The notes beneath the pieces are model-generated. The model was given only the letters and a program-made list of their open reading frames with translations. It was not told the origin of the DNA and ran no database searches. A program made the position numbers and the translations under genes. A stretch of DNA of 63,489 nt, the filler included, from Octopus bimaculoides (lineage: Eukaryota), in NCBI RefSeq assembly GCF_001194135.2. It is 4 parts of 3 records of this genome, joined end to end, with 100 filler letters (N's around TTAATTAATTAA, not from the genome) between each part and the next. Parts side by side here need not be neighbours in the genome. Positions count along the whole stretch, not along the records: positions 1 to 21,633 come from NC_068985.1; positions 21,734 to 51,791 come from NC_068988.1; 2 more parts are not named here. The stretch is one strand, 5' to 3'. Each line of letters starts with the position of its first letter. Within the stretch, counting starts at the first letter, position 1. Shown here in pieces: positions 13,267 to 25,210 of this stretch.

Positions 13267-13542
13267 ATGCAGACGTGATAGGGATGATGACGATGATGAG
13301 CCAGTCTGGGTGCGTCTTCATGGCTCGAACTACTAGATATAACAGCCTAATTTCTCTTTCATCAATGACACTCATCCACATTTAACACGAGAGGACATAT
13401 TGGGATGAGTTACCCTGCAAAAAGACGGGATAATCGCAACTGGAATATTTGAATATTTGATTACTTGAACGGTTGAAACTAAACAACAATATCTGCAGCA
13501 GAAGCAACAACGACAACAACTCGTTGTGTGGCATAAGAAACG

Positions 13543-13548
13543 TTTATT
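13543..13548 (-). promoter_or_regulatory. Probable polyadenylation signal of the EGF-CBM14 gene
   Basis: AATAAA on the minus strand ~200 nt past the stop codon, followed by a GU-rich stretch (gttgttgtcgttgttg). Confidence 0.55.
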
Positions 13549-13750
13549 TCAATATTTAATACATGAATATTGTAAATATTTCAAGAGGCGAGGTATAATA
13601 TATTATGAATGAAGGTCACTGATGATATATTATGTTTGCAAAATTTCTCTTCTATGTTGCTTTCTGCATCTTTTAAAACTGTGACGAAATATCTTCAGTT
13701 GTAACACACGACTGTGACGGACATGAGAGTAAACTTGTCTGGTTTATCAT

Positions 13751-13938
13751 TCAGCACATAGCACCGTTGTCACAACGAGTTAGAGTCTGGTTCCAGCGGG
13801 TACCATCTGGACACGACATAGAGACCAGGCCTCCGTTGGCACATGTGTAGAAACGTCGGCAACTGTCGTCGTCCTCGTAGAATCCTGGCTGACACTGATA
13901 ACATTTAGTCATATTTGGATAGAAACACATCTCTGTCA
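13751..13938 (-). CDS. Terminal exon encoding CBM14 module 3 and the stop codon
   Basis: Acceptor ctctttaaacag|TG, phase 1. (L)TEMCFYPNMTKCYQCQPGFYEDDDSCRRFYTCANGGLVSMSCPDGTRWNQTLTRCDNGAMC* has the full six-Cys CBM14 spacing (x5, x9, x12) plus two extra Cys. Confidence 0.92.
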
Positions 13939-14945
13939 CTGTTTAAAGAGAAGGGAAGTTATATTAATGAAATTCTTATTAGGACTAACCTTATTTTACA
14001 ACTATCAACACACAAATTGTTAAGTCCTTTTGCGAATAAAACTTTATTAAAGCTTAAATAAGGCCTACAATGGAATATAGATATGGTATTTTTTCAGACA
14101 CTACTGCTAGAAAAACCCGACTAATTTGCGTAAAGTCACATACACACTTGAACTTCCGGTGCGTTGACTTCTATTTTGTTTTTCTACCACTGCTATAATG
14201 GCTTCTGCTCCTCTGAGCTGACTGGATTAATGCCCCTTTACGTAGAAATACCCAAGCCACACATCTACTTTTTTATCATAACCTATGTTGTAACCAAACT
14301 CCACGCTACCCGTTCCTTCCTTCCCTCTCGAATTCTCTTCCTTTTTTTTTTGTTTCTCCTACAAGTGTTGAATTATAAAATTGCGACAGTAATATTCATG
14401 GTGTCAATAAGGCGGCGAGCAGGCAGAATTGTTACTGCCCCAGGAAAGATACTTGCCAACATTTCTTTACGCTCTCAGTTCAAATGCTGGTGGGAGTCAT
14501 TTTTACCTTTCATCGTTTCGGGATCGATAAAATAAGTACCAGTTGAACACTGAGGTCAATGTTATCGATTTATCCCTTAACCCGAAATTGCTAGCCTTGT
14601 ACCAAAATTTGAGACCAATATTAACGGCATCAATCTCTCTGGGTTAAGATGGTGTACAAGGGCACGAGCAAGGTTTCTTCCTTTAGATCCAATAAATGAA
14701 AAATAAAAAGGAAAACTTTTAAACAGTGAGGTTTACATACTGTAGGCAAGTCGTATGCCACAACTCACTTCTGTGACTCCTTTTAAAGTTCGGAACTCAA
14801 ATATGAAGCAAATCATGCTTTGAAATGTGGTGAAAAGAACAGCTACAATGACGATAAAAACAACAATAATTCTAGTGATAAGATGGACAATCTACCGATT
14901 CAAGTTATGTAATTATGATTCGGTGATACTAAATATATTACTCAC

Positions 14946-14981
14946 GTGATACTGGCCTAAATTGCGCTGGAGCTGGTAATA
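14946..14981 (-). CDS. 36-nt Pro-rich linker micro-exon between CBM14 modules 2 and 3
   Basis: Strong acceptor tttctctatttcag|TA and donor C|gtgagt, phase 1-1, (V)LPAPAQFRPVS(L). Confidence 0.7.
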
Positions 14982-15177
14982 CTGAAATAGAGAAAGATCA
15001 TACATGAGAAATCAAAATCTTCTTGAGATAGTGGTATGGACGTATAGTTTAGAATCTGGCATATAACATGCATATACGTAAAATACATACTTAAAACATA
15101 CAAATCTGCACGTACATACATACATACATACATACATACATACATACATACATACATGCATACATACATACATACAA

Positions 15178-15285
15178 AAATAGCCTGTTGTTGGTGTTGA
15201 AATTCCAATGAAGGAATCTTGGATCTAGGTTAGAAACCGGTTCTTTCTCTATTGGAAAGAAATCTTGAAATAAACTGAATAATGA
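15178..15285. repeat. Dispersed ~110-bp repeat (ccctgttgatgttgaaattccaatgaagg...ggttagaaaccgg...aagaaatcttgaaataaaactg) associated with (TACA)n
   Basis: Copies at ~11485-11590, 11935-12035, 15580-15650, 61505-61615, 61700-61815. Confidence 0.8.
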
Positions 15286-16287
15286 CATACATACATAATT
15301 ATTGGGGCGTTAAGATATGTAACACACTGCCTAAATGCCAACCTTTAGAAATTAGGCTTCTCAAAACCAGAAAGGAGAAAGCTAATTCGAAAACTACAGG
15401 TCCAATCCATCACTAGAACTGTAAAAATCAGTAAAACTTTCCAGAAGTTTATCATTCAAATATATATGATCATGTTTAGATATGCAACTATGTACATGAG
15501 AAATGATACATAAAACAAAACATAAAAATCTGCACATATACATACATACATACATACATACATACATACATTCAAACAAAAACACCCTGTTGTTGATAGG
15601 TTAGAAAGCGGCTCTTTCCCCATTGGCAAGAAATCTTGAAATAAACAATGACACACATACATACATACATACATACATACATACATACGTACATCCATAC
15701 ATACATACATACATACAAACATACATACATACATACATACATACATACATACATACATACATACATACATAGAAGCAGCTCCAGCGTTATGAAATCCTTG
15801 CTTTCATGAAAATCTTGCCGTAAGGAAGAGTTCCCTTAGGCAAAACATATTTTCTTATTGATTTCCAAGTTCATTTACCTCCATTTAACTTGAAAGTCAG
15901 TGACAGAATTTAATTCGCGTTACGAATAGATAAGATCATACCAAGGAGTAAGAAACCGATATACGGTAAAGTAACAATTGCTGTGTTGCAATATTGGAAT
16001 TACTAACAAATAATGCAAGAATACTATAACAGAATAGTTTTCATATTTTGTATGATATCTGATGTAGTGAAAATGTTGACGACTGAACATACCACTCGTC
16101 TTCATACTACTAATTTTAGTGAGCCTTAACGTGGCATCAGAAAGAGGTTCGAAATAGTGACACTACTGTCTGTATGCTTCTAGGTTATCAACGATTGACA
16201 GTTGTAAAACCTGAATACAGAAAGAGCAGAGATGACATTGATATATTGAAATGTAATTAACGAAAGAAGGTGGAAGTATTGACTTAC

Positions 16288-16467
16288 CTTCGTGGATACA
16301 AGTTGATATCTCTTTGTTCCACACTGTTCCGTCTGGACATTCTCGCAGAACTAGATTATCGTGCACACACTGGTAAAACTTACGAGGGTCTCCTGTATAT
16401 TCGTAGTATTTGTCAGGTAAACATATGACGCATTCTCCAGTGAAGTTGTCAACGCAGAGGTCGTCCA
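16288..16467 (-). CDS. Exon encoding CBM14 module 2
   Basis: Acceptor tttttacccag|TG and donor G|gtaagt, 180 nt, phase 1-1. (V)DDLCVDNFTGECVICLPDKYYEYTGDPRKFYQCVHDNLVLRECPDGTVWNKEISTCIHE. Confidence 0.92.
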
Positions 16468-16660
16468 CTGGGTAAAAATAGATAGATAGATAAATAGCTA
16501 GATAGCTAGATAGCTAGATAGATAGATAGATAGATAGATGTATTGAGAGATATGTGGGTAGAAAGGTGAGTGATAGGGACCTGTTTAAGCATAAAACGTA
16601 ACAGTCGCTCGCAAGCACATATATAACTTGTACTGCAGTTTCGCTGATTGTTTTATATGC

Positions 16661-16918
16661 TTCCATCTGTTCCCCAAGATGAAAATGCAGCTCAAAGATC
16701 GTTGTTTTAACACCATTTTCGAGATCCAGAGCAAATCGCAGAATGTCCTCGACACGCTAACGGAAAACGACTTCCAGGCCGGATTCCAAAAGTGGCAGGA
16801 ATGTTGGGTCCGGTGTATTGTTGCGCAAGGTGACTATTTCGAAAGAGATTATATTAAAACTTAGGTACATAAATTATTTTTATTAAACATACGTAGTCCT
16901 GTTAATACCACTTAGTAC
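16661..16918 (+). mobile_element. Mariner transposase 3' fragment inside an intron of the CBM14 gene
   Basis: FHLFPKMKMQLKDRCFNTIFEIQSKSQNVLDTLTENDFQAGFQKWQECWVRCIVAQGDYFE is a mariner C-terminus. The DNA resembles 44100-44340. Confidence 0.82.
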
Positions 16919-17338
16919 ATGAATACACACAAAAATGTCTATAATGTATAAACACGTAATAAAATATAAGAAATTAAAATAATGTAAATTTACTACAGGA
17001 AATAAATTATGTAACGTTCATTCGTTTCTACAGTTTATTGGTGATAAACACGATAAGAAACAGTTGCTGCTTCAAATCGGGTGCAGACCACGTACTCACT
17101 TCGCCGTGTTTTTACCACTATTATTCAGCACCTGCTATGGTAATAGGTGCTTCTCAATGTGCAAATAACAGAGTCTGCAAATAACAGTCGCTCACATAAA
17201 TAAGTCAATTTGGGAGAAGGAAAATATTTAAGAAACAGAGAGAAATAGAAGAAAAGTTGTAAGCAATGAAAGTGAAAGAACAAACCCTGATCCGTCCTTC
17301 TCTTTGGTAGAGCTTGCAACAAGATATTTAAGACCTAC

Positions 17339-17401
17339 CTGATACAAGGGTCATGTTCACAGGTTCGGTCCCATTCAGCATCTCAAACTCAATCTTCATA
17401 A
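17339..17401 (-). CDS. 63-nt linker exon between CBM14 modules 1 and 2
   Basis: Acceptor tattttccag|TT and donor G|gtaggt, phase 1-1, open frame (I)MKIEFEMLNGTEPVNMTLVS with two N-glycosylation sequons. Joins both neighbours in frame. Confidence 0.75.
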
Positions 17402-17911
17402 CTGGAAAATAAATACAAATTCAACTGTTAAAGAATGAAAAAATTCCTTGATTAACTGAAATATTTTATGGATTATTGTCGTTGTTGTTTCTTTCGCCTA
17501 AGTTTAGCCCAGATGCAACAGACCAATGGTCAAGACATACCATCTGTCCTGACTTTTTCAAACACAGTACATTATCGTTGCTGTTGTTTCGTCTAAGTTT
17601 AGTTAGAAGGAACATGCGGTCAAAGGTGCCTCATCAATGACTACCCTGTCTTATTGCTGTTGTTGTTTCGGCTAAGTTAACTCAAATGGAACGGACTTAT
17701 GATCAAAGACATCTTATCCGCGACCATCCCGTCATCACCTTTTCAAACAATATATAATTGTTGTTGTTTAACGCCAGGTCAGTCTTAATCCAGTTAACTT
17801 ATGATTTATGATTTAAGTCTTTCCGATAATGACAATTCCGATATTTGACAATTATTTGACAATCATAGGGTATCCAGGGCTTCGTCACCGAATACCTCCT
17901 TCTTCTTTTAA

Positions 17912-18416
17912 CCCTTCGTGGGCCGGTGGGATCTCTTAGGACCCCAGCAAATTTTAAAAGTTATGCAACTTTTACAATTTTATTTAAATAATTTTCTATC
18001 TCATGTCTTTTATTGCCAACAGTTTTTGAATATATATATAAATTTTGAGTTTAAAAATTCCAGTCATATTGATGTTATAGCATAAAATATGCTCATTTGG
18101 GTCCAACTGGACACCATTGGCTTTCTGTGAAATTATGTTCTTTTATTTTCAGATATTCTGATGAACTATAAGTCAATTTTCTTCGTATTTGTAATGTTTT
18201 ATTTTATATTTAGGGCTATATGTATAGTTTACAAAACAATAAAAAATGCTGATTTCTTTCACTAAAAGTTTTTTCCAGTCAATAAATTATAGCTTAATTC
18301 CCCTACTGTCACTCCCATCCTTTACGGATAGTGCGGAAATGTGCAAAACTGAAAAGGGAGTCCTCGGGACCCCAATGGCCTCTTGTGTAATTCCAACCCC
18401 GCCGACACACGAAGGG
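17912..18416. mobile_element. piggyBac-type non-autonomous element (MITE)
   Basis: TTAA|CCCTTCGTGGGCCGG ... CCGACACACGAAGGG|TCAA: 13/15 TIR match and TTAA target site (right copy mutated). Confidence 0.8.
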
Positions 18417-19073
18417 TCAAGAAGATCGATTTGAAGGAGATTTCACTGCAGTTTCTTGCAGGCTACGTGACCTCCTGGATCCTCCTTCGCTGGCTCAAAT
18501 GTATACGGCATGCAGTATAGACACAGGAACTTAAATTTACGACATATACCTATCAAACTGATATAGCGGCGTCACTCGATAGACGAGTGACGCCCCTATT
18601 ATAAATAAGTCTAACAAAAAGAAATTATGTAGTAATCCTGATGTCGAAATATATTTGCGGCAAAGGGTTTATTCAAATTACTATTGTACACGTTTCAATT
18701 ACCTTAGCAATTGAAATATGCGTGTGTGCGTGTTTTGTTTGTGTATGTGTGTGCGTGTGCGTGTGAGAGAGTGAGAGCGTTGTATATATGTGCCCATTTA
18801 TGCGTGTATATGAGTGTGTGTATGCGTCTGTGTGTGCAGGTGTGTGTGTTCCTGTGTATGTGTATGTGTTCATGCGTGCGTGTGTGTGTGTGCTCATTAG
18901 TGTGTGTGTGTGTGTGTGTGTGAGTGAGTGAGAGAGTGTTGTATGCATATACCCGTTTGAGTGTGTATATGAGTGCATGTGTGCGTCTGTGTGTGCATGT
19001 GTGCGTTCATGTGTATGTGTGTTCGTGTGTGTGTATGTGCGTGCGCCTGTGTGTGTGTCTGTGTCTGTGTGTT

Positions 19074-19110
<37 letters not shown>

Positions 19111-19596
19111 TAGATCTAAGTATCACAAGATTGCCAAGAGAACAAATGAAAAATCGTGATAATTTTTTAGCCAGAAATCAGCACTTCGATACTCTCACCC
19201 CGAAACATCCACCTCTACCCCGAAAGCATACCAGTATGAAAGACAGATGAGGACAAATCGTTGTTAGTCCTCATCTGATCATCTGGTAGATCAGCCCCTA
19301 TTTAGCTGATCTATGAATAAAAGTATTTCAAACATGACCGTCCCATCGATTTTCTAAATGATTTTTATTAGTTAGAGGTGGAAATTCAGTATTCATGATC
19401 TTTCAATACCGATCCAAACTTGTTATGTCGATATAATCGATATCCGACCAGAATAAATCCTTAGGTCAATATTTACAGTATGCGCTTACCATAAAGTGAA
19501 CTCCGCTTAAATTTTACCAAAGAGCAGGTGACGCTATGGCAGGTGTCTACTGTAAAGGTCATACAATAAGAAGATTGTGGAATATCCAGTACTCAC

Positions 19597-19773
19597 TGTC
19601 ACCACATTTCCATACTCTTTGGTCCCAAATAGTTCCTGGTGGGCACATAAGGAGATACATAAGTCCATTGGTACATTGATAGAATTGGTTGTCAGCTCCT
19701 GGATCCGGTTGATATTCGCCGTGGTTGCATGGCATGCAGTCGGTTAGATTACGGTCTATCATACACCAGTAGG
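19597..19773 (-). CDS. Exon encoding chitin-binding type-2 (CBM14) module 1
   Basis: Acceptor tttatttcag|CC and donor A|gtgagt, 177 nt, phase 1-1. (P)YWCMIDRNLTDCMPCNHGEYQPDPGADNQFYQCTNGLMYLLMCPPGTIWDQRVWKCGD has the FYQC-x9-CPxGTxW-x-C peritrophin-A signature. Confidence 0.92.
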
Positions 19774-20405
19774 CTGAAATAAAGTTACTGAAATTTACAC
19801 ATTATATACAAGAATGGAAACATTTTAATTACCCAATAAATTCAGTATATTTATATAATATAATATGGTTATTATTATATAGCAGCTTAAAGGCGGTGAG
19901 CTGGCAGAATCGTTAACACGCCAGGCGAAATGCTTAACGGCATTTCGTCCATCTTCATGTTCTGAGTTCAAATGCCAACGAGGTCGACTTTGCCTTTCAT
20001 CATTTCGGGGTCGAGGAAGTAAGTACTGTTACAAATATTCTTTTAAAAAACTTTTCATTTAATTTTTCCAAAATTTAATTGTTTTCCATACTTAGAGTTG
20101 AAAAGTCTCAACAGCTGAAACCGATGCAAACACCCTGAAACTAGTCTGTAGATTCCAGACCAGCAAGAGAAAGCGGCTGACCTCCCCTGTTCGAAGGTTA
20201 TAATGGACACAGGTTCGTGTGTCACATAGCTAGATAGAGGCGATGGTCTCTTGGAGCTGATCAACGGCAGCACTCGGACCTATTTTTTGGACTGCCATGT
20301 TAGCTTGGCGATAACTATTAATATATATATATATAATGGAAGAGGAGCGACATAGAGAGAAAATGGATTAATGCAGATTATTATAGAATGAATAGATATC
20401 CTTAC

Positions 20406-20528
20406 GCCAGCAAGTCGATTCATCGAGGCCTAATTGATGTTTAGATGGACAGTTACAGGAATATGATCCATAAGTATTCCGACACATCTTATTGCAACCA
20501 CCGTTGTTCACTTTACATTCATCAACAT
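20406..20528 (-). CDS. Exon encoding a calcium-binding EGF domain (EGF-CBM14x3 gene)
   Basis: Acceptor cttttcag|AT and donor C|gtaag, 123 nt, phase 1-1. Translates (D)[40 protein letters not shown]: DVDEC start, six Cys and the C-x-N-x4-Y-x-C-x-C hydroxylation consensus. Not in the ORF track. Confidence 0.93.
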
Positions 20529-21600
20529 CTGAAAAGCATAAAAGAAATATACATTAATAACAGCATTAACAGCAGCTTTAGAAGTTCAAGTTGAAAAAGT
20601 TTTCTGAAACAGGCCACAAAACAGTCAGTGCCGAGTTCGTTTTCTCTAAGCAACGTACTTATCTAGATCTTTACATTTACACATGTGTATACTTCTACTT
20701 GCTCAATCAAGAGAATGTGGCATTGCTGAGACATCGGTATTGGTGTGTTATTCTTCATTTTTTGCAGGGTTTTTGTTGTTGTTGTTGTTTGTTTGTTTGT
20801 TTTTCTTTTTTGTTTTGACTTGTTTTATTCATTGAACTGCAGATTCGCTGAGGGAACTGCTCTGGGTGGTTTTAGTCGAACAAATCGTCTCCAGGACTCA
20901 TCTTTAATTTTTCCCTTTTATTTTTCAGTCATTAGACCTAAGCCATGCTGAGGCACCGCTTTGAAGACCTTTTAGTCGAATGAATTCGTCTCGGTACTTT
21001 TATTTTATGGTTAAGCCTGGTACTTGTTTTATCGGACTCCTTAGAGGAACTGCTAAGTTACAAGGACGTAAGCGCACCAACACCCCTTGTCAAGCTGTAG
21101 TGAGGGACAAATACAGGCACAAAGGCACGCACACACATACACACTCACGCAAACACACACACACACACACACTCACACACACACACATACATATACACAT
21201 ACACACGTGTAGATAGATAGATAGATAGGTAGGTAGGTGAGTAAGTAGGTAGGTAGGTTGGTAGATATGTGACGGGCTTCTTTCATTTAACGTGTATCAA
21301 AGCCACTCACAAGGATTTGGTTGGCCCGTGGCTATAATAAAAGACACTTGTCCAAAGTGTCATGCAGAGGGACTGAACCCGGAACCATATAGTTAGGAAG
21401 TAAGCTTCTTACCACACAGCCAACGCCTTCGAGTACGTTGATCTTTTTTCACTGATACTTATTCTATCCGTTTCTTTTGTTGAAGCGCAAATTTACGGGA
21501 TGTAAGCAAACAAATATTGGTTGTCAAGCGGTGTGTCGGTTGACAAATACAGACATAATGACAAACACACAGATATGTGTATGTATGTGTGTATATATAT

Positions 21601-21633
<33 letters not shown>

Positions 21634-22110
21634 NNNNNNNNNNNNNNNNNNNNNNNNNNNNNNNNNNNNNNNNNNNNTTAATTAATTAANNNNNNNNNNN
21701 NNNNNNNNNNNNNNNNNNNNNNNNNNNNNNNNNCGGAAGGCGTTCGTTTTTGGTAAGGTGAGAACTCTGTTTATTTGTATGTGTTTCATAAACAATACTA
21801 TGCTGACATGCGGAGCCTAGATTCATTCTAGTAATCGCGAAATCGGCCGATTCATAGTTGAGTTATTTAAAAGAAAGATGATTTTGTTCTGTTGGTTGTC
21901 TTTCCTCGCATTCGGTACTAAAAAAATGTGTTGTTTTATTTTGAGAAGTCCAGTGTGTGGCATTATTATTCTGTAGTAATGCCCCTTATATAAATATAAA
22001 CGTATAATTATATTCTTGGGAATAGAAATTTCCCTTATGAATTTTTTTACACTCTGGCTTCTTGATAAAAATCTTGTAAAAGAGTTTAATCCCTTTTTGA
22101 ATTTATTAAT

Positions 22111-22144
<34 letters not shown>

Positions 22145-22543
22145 GCGGATACACTTATATAGACACATAATCACTCACAAACTAAAACTCACTCGCTCAC
22201 ACGCACACACACACGCACATGCACACACATGCATTACCTAATACCCTCAGTTTAATGCTTAATAGTCCGATGCTATATTCTGTCAGTTTACTCAAACCAG
22301 AAAGCATTTTCACCATAGAAAGTGTGTAATCCATTTCAGGAAAAATCTCTTAACAATAGTTTCTGAATAATTAAAATTATTCCAATACTCAGAGGTATAT
22401 ATGCACGCCTCTACAACATCTAATATTTTTAATAACTTTTTACCTCTCGTCGGCACACACGCAGACAGACACAGACACACACACACACACACACCACCAC
22501 CGCCGCCCATACATACATATATAAGTATATTATATATATATAT

Positions 22544-22581
<38 letters not shown>

Positions 22582-22603
22582 ATATGTATACATACATGCA
22601 AAT

Positions 22604-22638
<35 letters not shown>

Positions 22639-24087
22639 CATACACACACACACANNNNNNNNNNNNNNNNNNNNNNNNNNNNNNNNNNNNNNNNNNNNNN
22701 NNNNNNNNNNNNNNNNNNNNNNNNNNNNNNNNNNNNNNNNNNNNNNNNNNNNNNNNNNNNNNNNNNNNNNNNNNNNNNNNNNNNNNATATATATATATAT
22801 ATATCTTGTGTTTTTATCTATCGCCTTTAAGATAAGATCATATCAAGAAAGGTCATTCCAATATTCTGCACAGAATTCTTTGAACGTGTGAGGAAGCTGA
22901 AGAGAAAGGCAAAATAATGAGATATAGATAAAGAATTTCCTGTATAGAGTTTATCGATTTTCTTTTATTAAAGTTTCACTTTTCTTATTTTATTCTTCTC
23001 ATTTTATTTCATTGTTCACCAATATTTAGAAAGTCTTAAGTAAATCCGTCTGTCTTCAATGGTGTTTCTATTGGCAGTTACGTAAATCAAACACAGAAAG
23101 CAACTAAAAAAGAGAAAAAAAAAAGATTAGTCTCCTACTTTTATCTGTAATGAAGCAAAAATACGAGTGAAAATAAAGCACATCTGAAAAGGAAGGAAGA
23201 AATGAAAATGCATGTCAAAGCTTATCAGACTCTTAGAATTTCTAGACGTAGCTGTACACTCTCACACACAAGAAAGAAAACTATATTAAAATGTCTGTTA
23301 CAGCCCTGTTGTCTTGTTGTAATGAAATTCTCGAAAGATATCTAAAATAAATGTTTAAAGAAATGAACACAGTCATCAGAGTAGGAAATGCTACTCAGAA
23401 AATATAATGAACAGAGAGAGGTCACGAGGAAATTGCATTGAATACGTTAGATGTTGAGGGAAGGAATATAAAAGCTTTATTTTCTGGACGAATGCAACGC
23501 GGTTTATGGACAAAATAGCAGAGATATGAACAATTTAGATTCATAATATGTTGAGTGAGATTGTATAGAACAACGTGGGTATTAAAGATAGTAGCTTAAT
23601 ATTTCTACATCGTAACAAAATGTTATCTGATGAGCGCTGTTGAGAAAAGCTGAAAGAACTGCAAAATGTATATTTACAGAAAGGTATATATGACCGTAAT
23701 ATGCGGCGATATAAAGATATATTGAGATGAACAGAAAAGGCAAGAAGCACATTTTAATTAATGGAAAATATCCAACAATGAAATTCAATACATATTCAGT
23801 CAACTTCAAATGTGACTTCAAAATACACTTGTTTCACAACTAAGAGATTATAAACATAAGAGAAAGTAAATGTTTATAATATAACGCTGTCATGTATGCA
23901 CTGTCTAAATACATAGGCATTTATATACACACTCGAAGAATAAAATATTGAAAACTAGTTACATAAATCACGCAATAACATTTTAATATACATAAAAATA
24001 CATATCGATCTATCTATTTATCTATCTGTCTATCAGCGAATCTTTATTTACGTGTACATAATTATACATATGAATGTATGTATATCA

Positions 24088-24143
<56 letters not shown>

Positions 24144-24513
24144 GTTTAAATATGTATAAATGTATATCAGCAGATATGAGTATATATACACATATGTATA
24201 TTAATATATCAGCATAAACACACACACACACAGTTGGCAACACATGCTCACACATTTACAAACATATATATATATATATATACACATACACGCGCGCGTT
24301 TGTGTGCTGTTCATGCTTAAATTGACGTGAGGCTTTTCAGAAGTTGGGCAACAACTTTAATCGGTTTATTGTATTTTGAACTTCATTGAAAGAAGACTTG
24401 TCACTCATTTAGTGACAGGCTCTTATCGTGTTGAAAGAAATATCGACAGAAATTATTAATGGCAACACGGAGAGATAGACGATAGACATGCGTATATATA
24501 TATATGCGTGTGT

Positions 24514-24563
<50 letters not shown>

Positions 24564-24583
24564 ACATGTTGATATATATATAC

Positions 24584-24667
<84 letters not shown>

Positions 24668-24905
24668 CTATATCTGAGTATGTTGTAAAAACAATGAAGC
24701 TTTAGCCATATGTACTTTAATTCACTTAAAGCAAACTCGCTATCTGAAAGATATCGTGTGTGGCTTTACGACTAGATTTTGTATAGTGTGATAAAGTTGT
24801 ATAGTGTGATAAAACATCGTGACCGTTGGTCAAGACGTTTAACCGTGAAGAAGGAAGAGACAGATGGACAGACGGACAAACAGAGGGACATAACGCCCAT
24901 TATAC

Positions 24906-24960
<55 letters not shown>

Positions 24961-25028
24961 CTTTATTTAAAAGCAGCAGAAATNNNNNNNNNNACGTTCC
25001 CGTTCATCGGACAGTTTTGTTAGACAAA

Positions 25029-25068
25029 ACTGTCCGATGAACGGGAACGTGAAACTCAGAGTAACGGT
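25029..25068 (+). ncRNA. Hammerhead-like ribozyme motif with a C3-C4 core variant
   Basis: Stem I actgt/acggt; core CCGATGA (canonical CTGATGA); stem II acg-ggaa-cgt; GAAA; stem III ACTC-A-GAGT; triplet GTA. Confidence 0.55.
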
Positions 25069-25172
25069 TTTTTTGTTATATTTCTGCTGCTTTTAAATAA
25101 AGCATATTACTCTACCTCTGGTATTTGAGTACTCTTTTTTCCACCTTGTTGCACATTTCATGTGCTTACTCC

Positions 25173-25210
<38 letters not shown>

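Noticed and set aside
16163-16287. ORF continuing 41 codons past the CBM14-2 donor (possible alternative C-terminus)
   Set aside because: Reads through a consensus gtaagt donor into intron-like sequence. The nearby acceptor at ~16211 is in the wrong phase, and there is no independent support.
18568-18594. GC-rich 11-bp hairpin resembling a Helitron 3' terminus
   Set aside because: No canonical CTRR at the expected distance and no matching 5' end found.
21678-21689. TTAATTAATTAA islands inside N runs (also 51836-51847 and 60146-60157)
   Set aside because: Identical 12-mer with stops in all six frames, bounded by Ns: a scaffolding linker, not biology.
21823-22113. 96-aa minus-strand ORF, possibly retroelement-derived
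   Set aside because: No recognisable motif; AT-rich and next to a gap.
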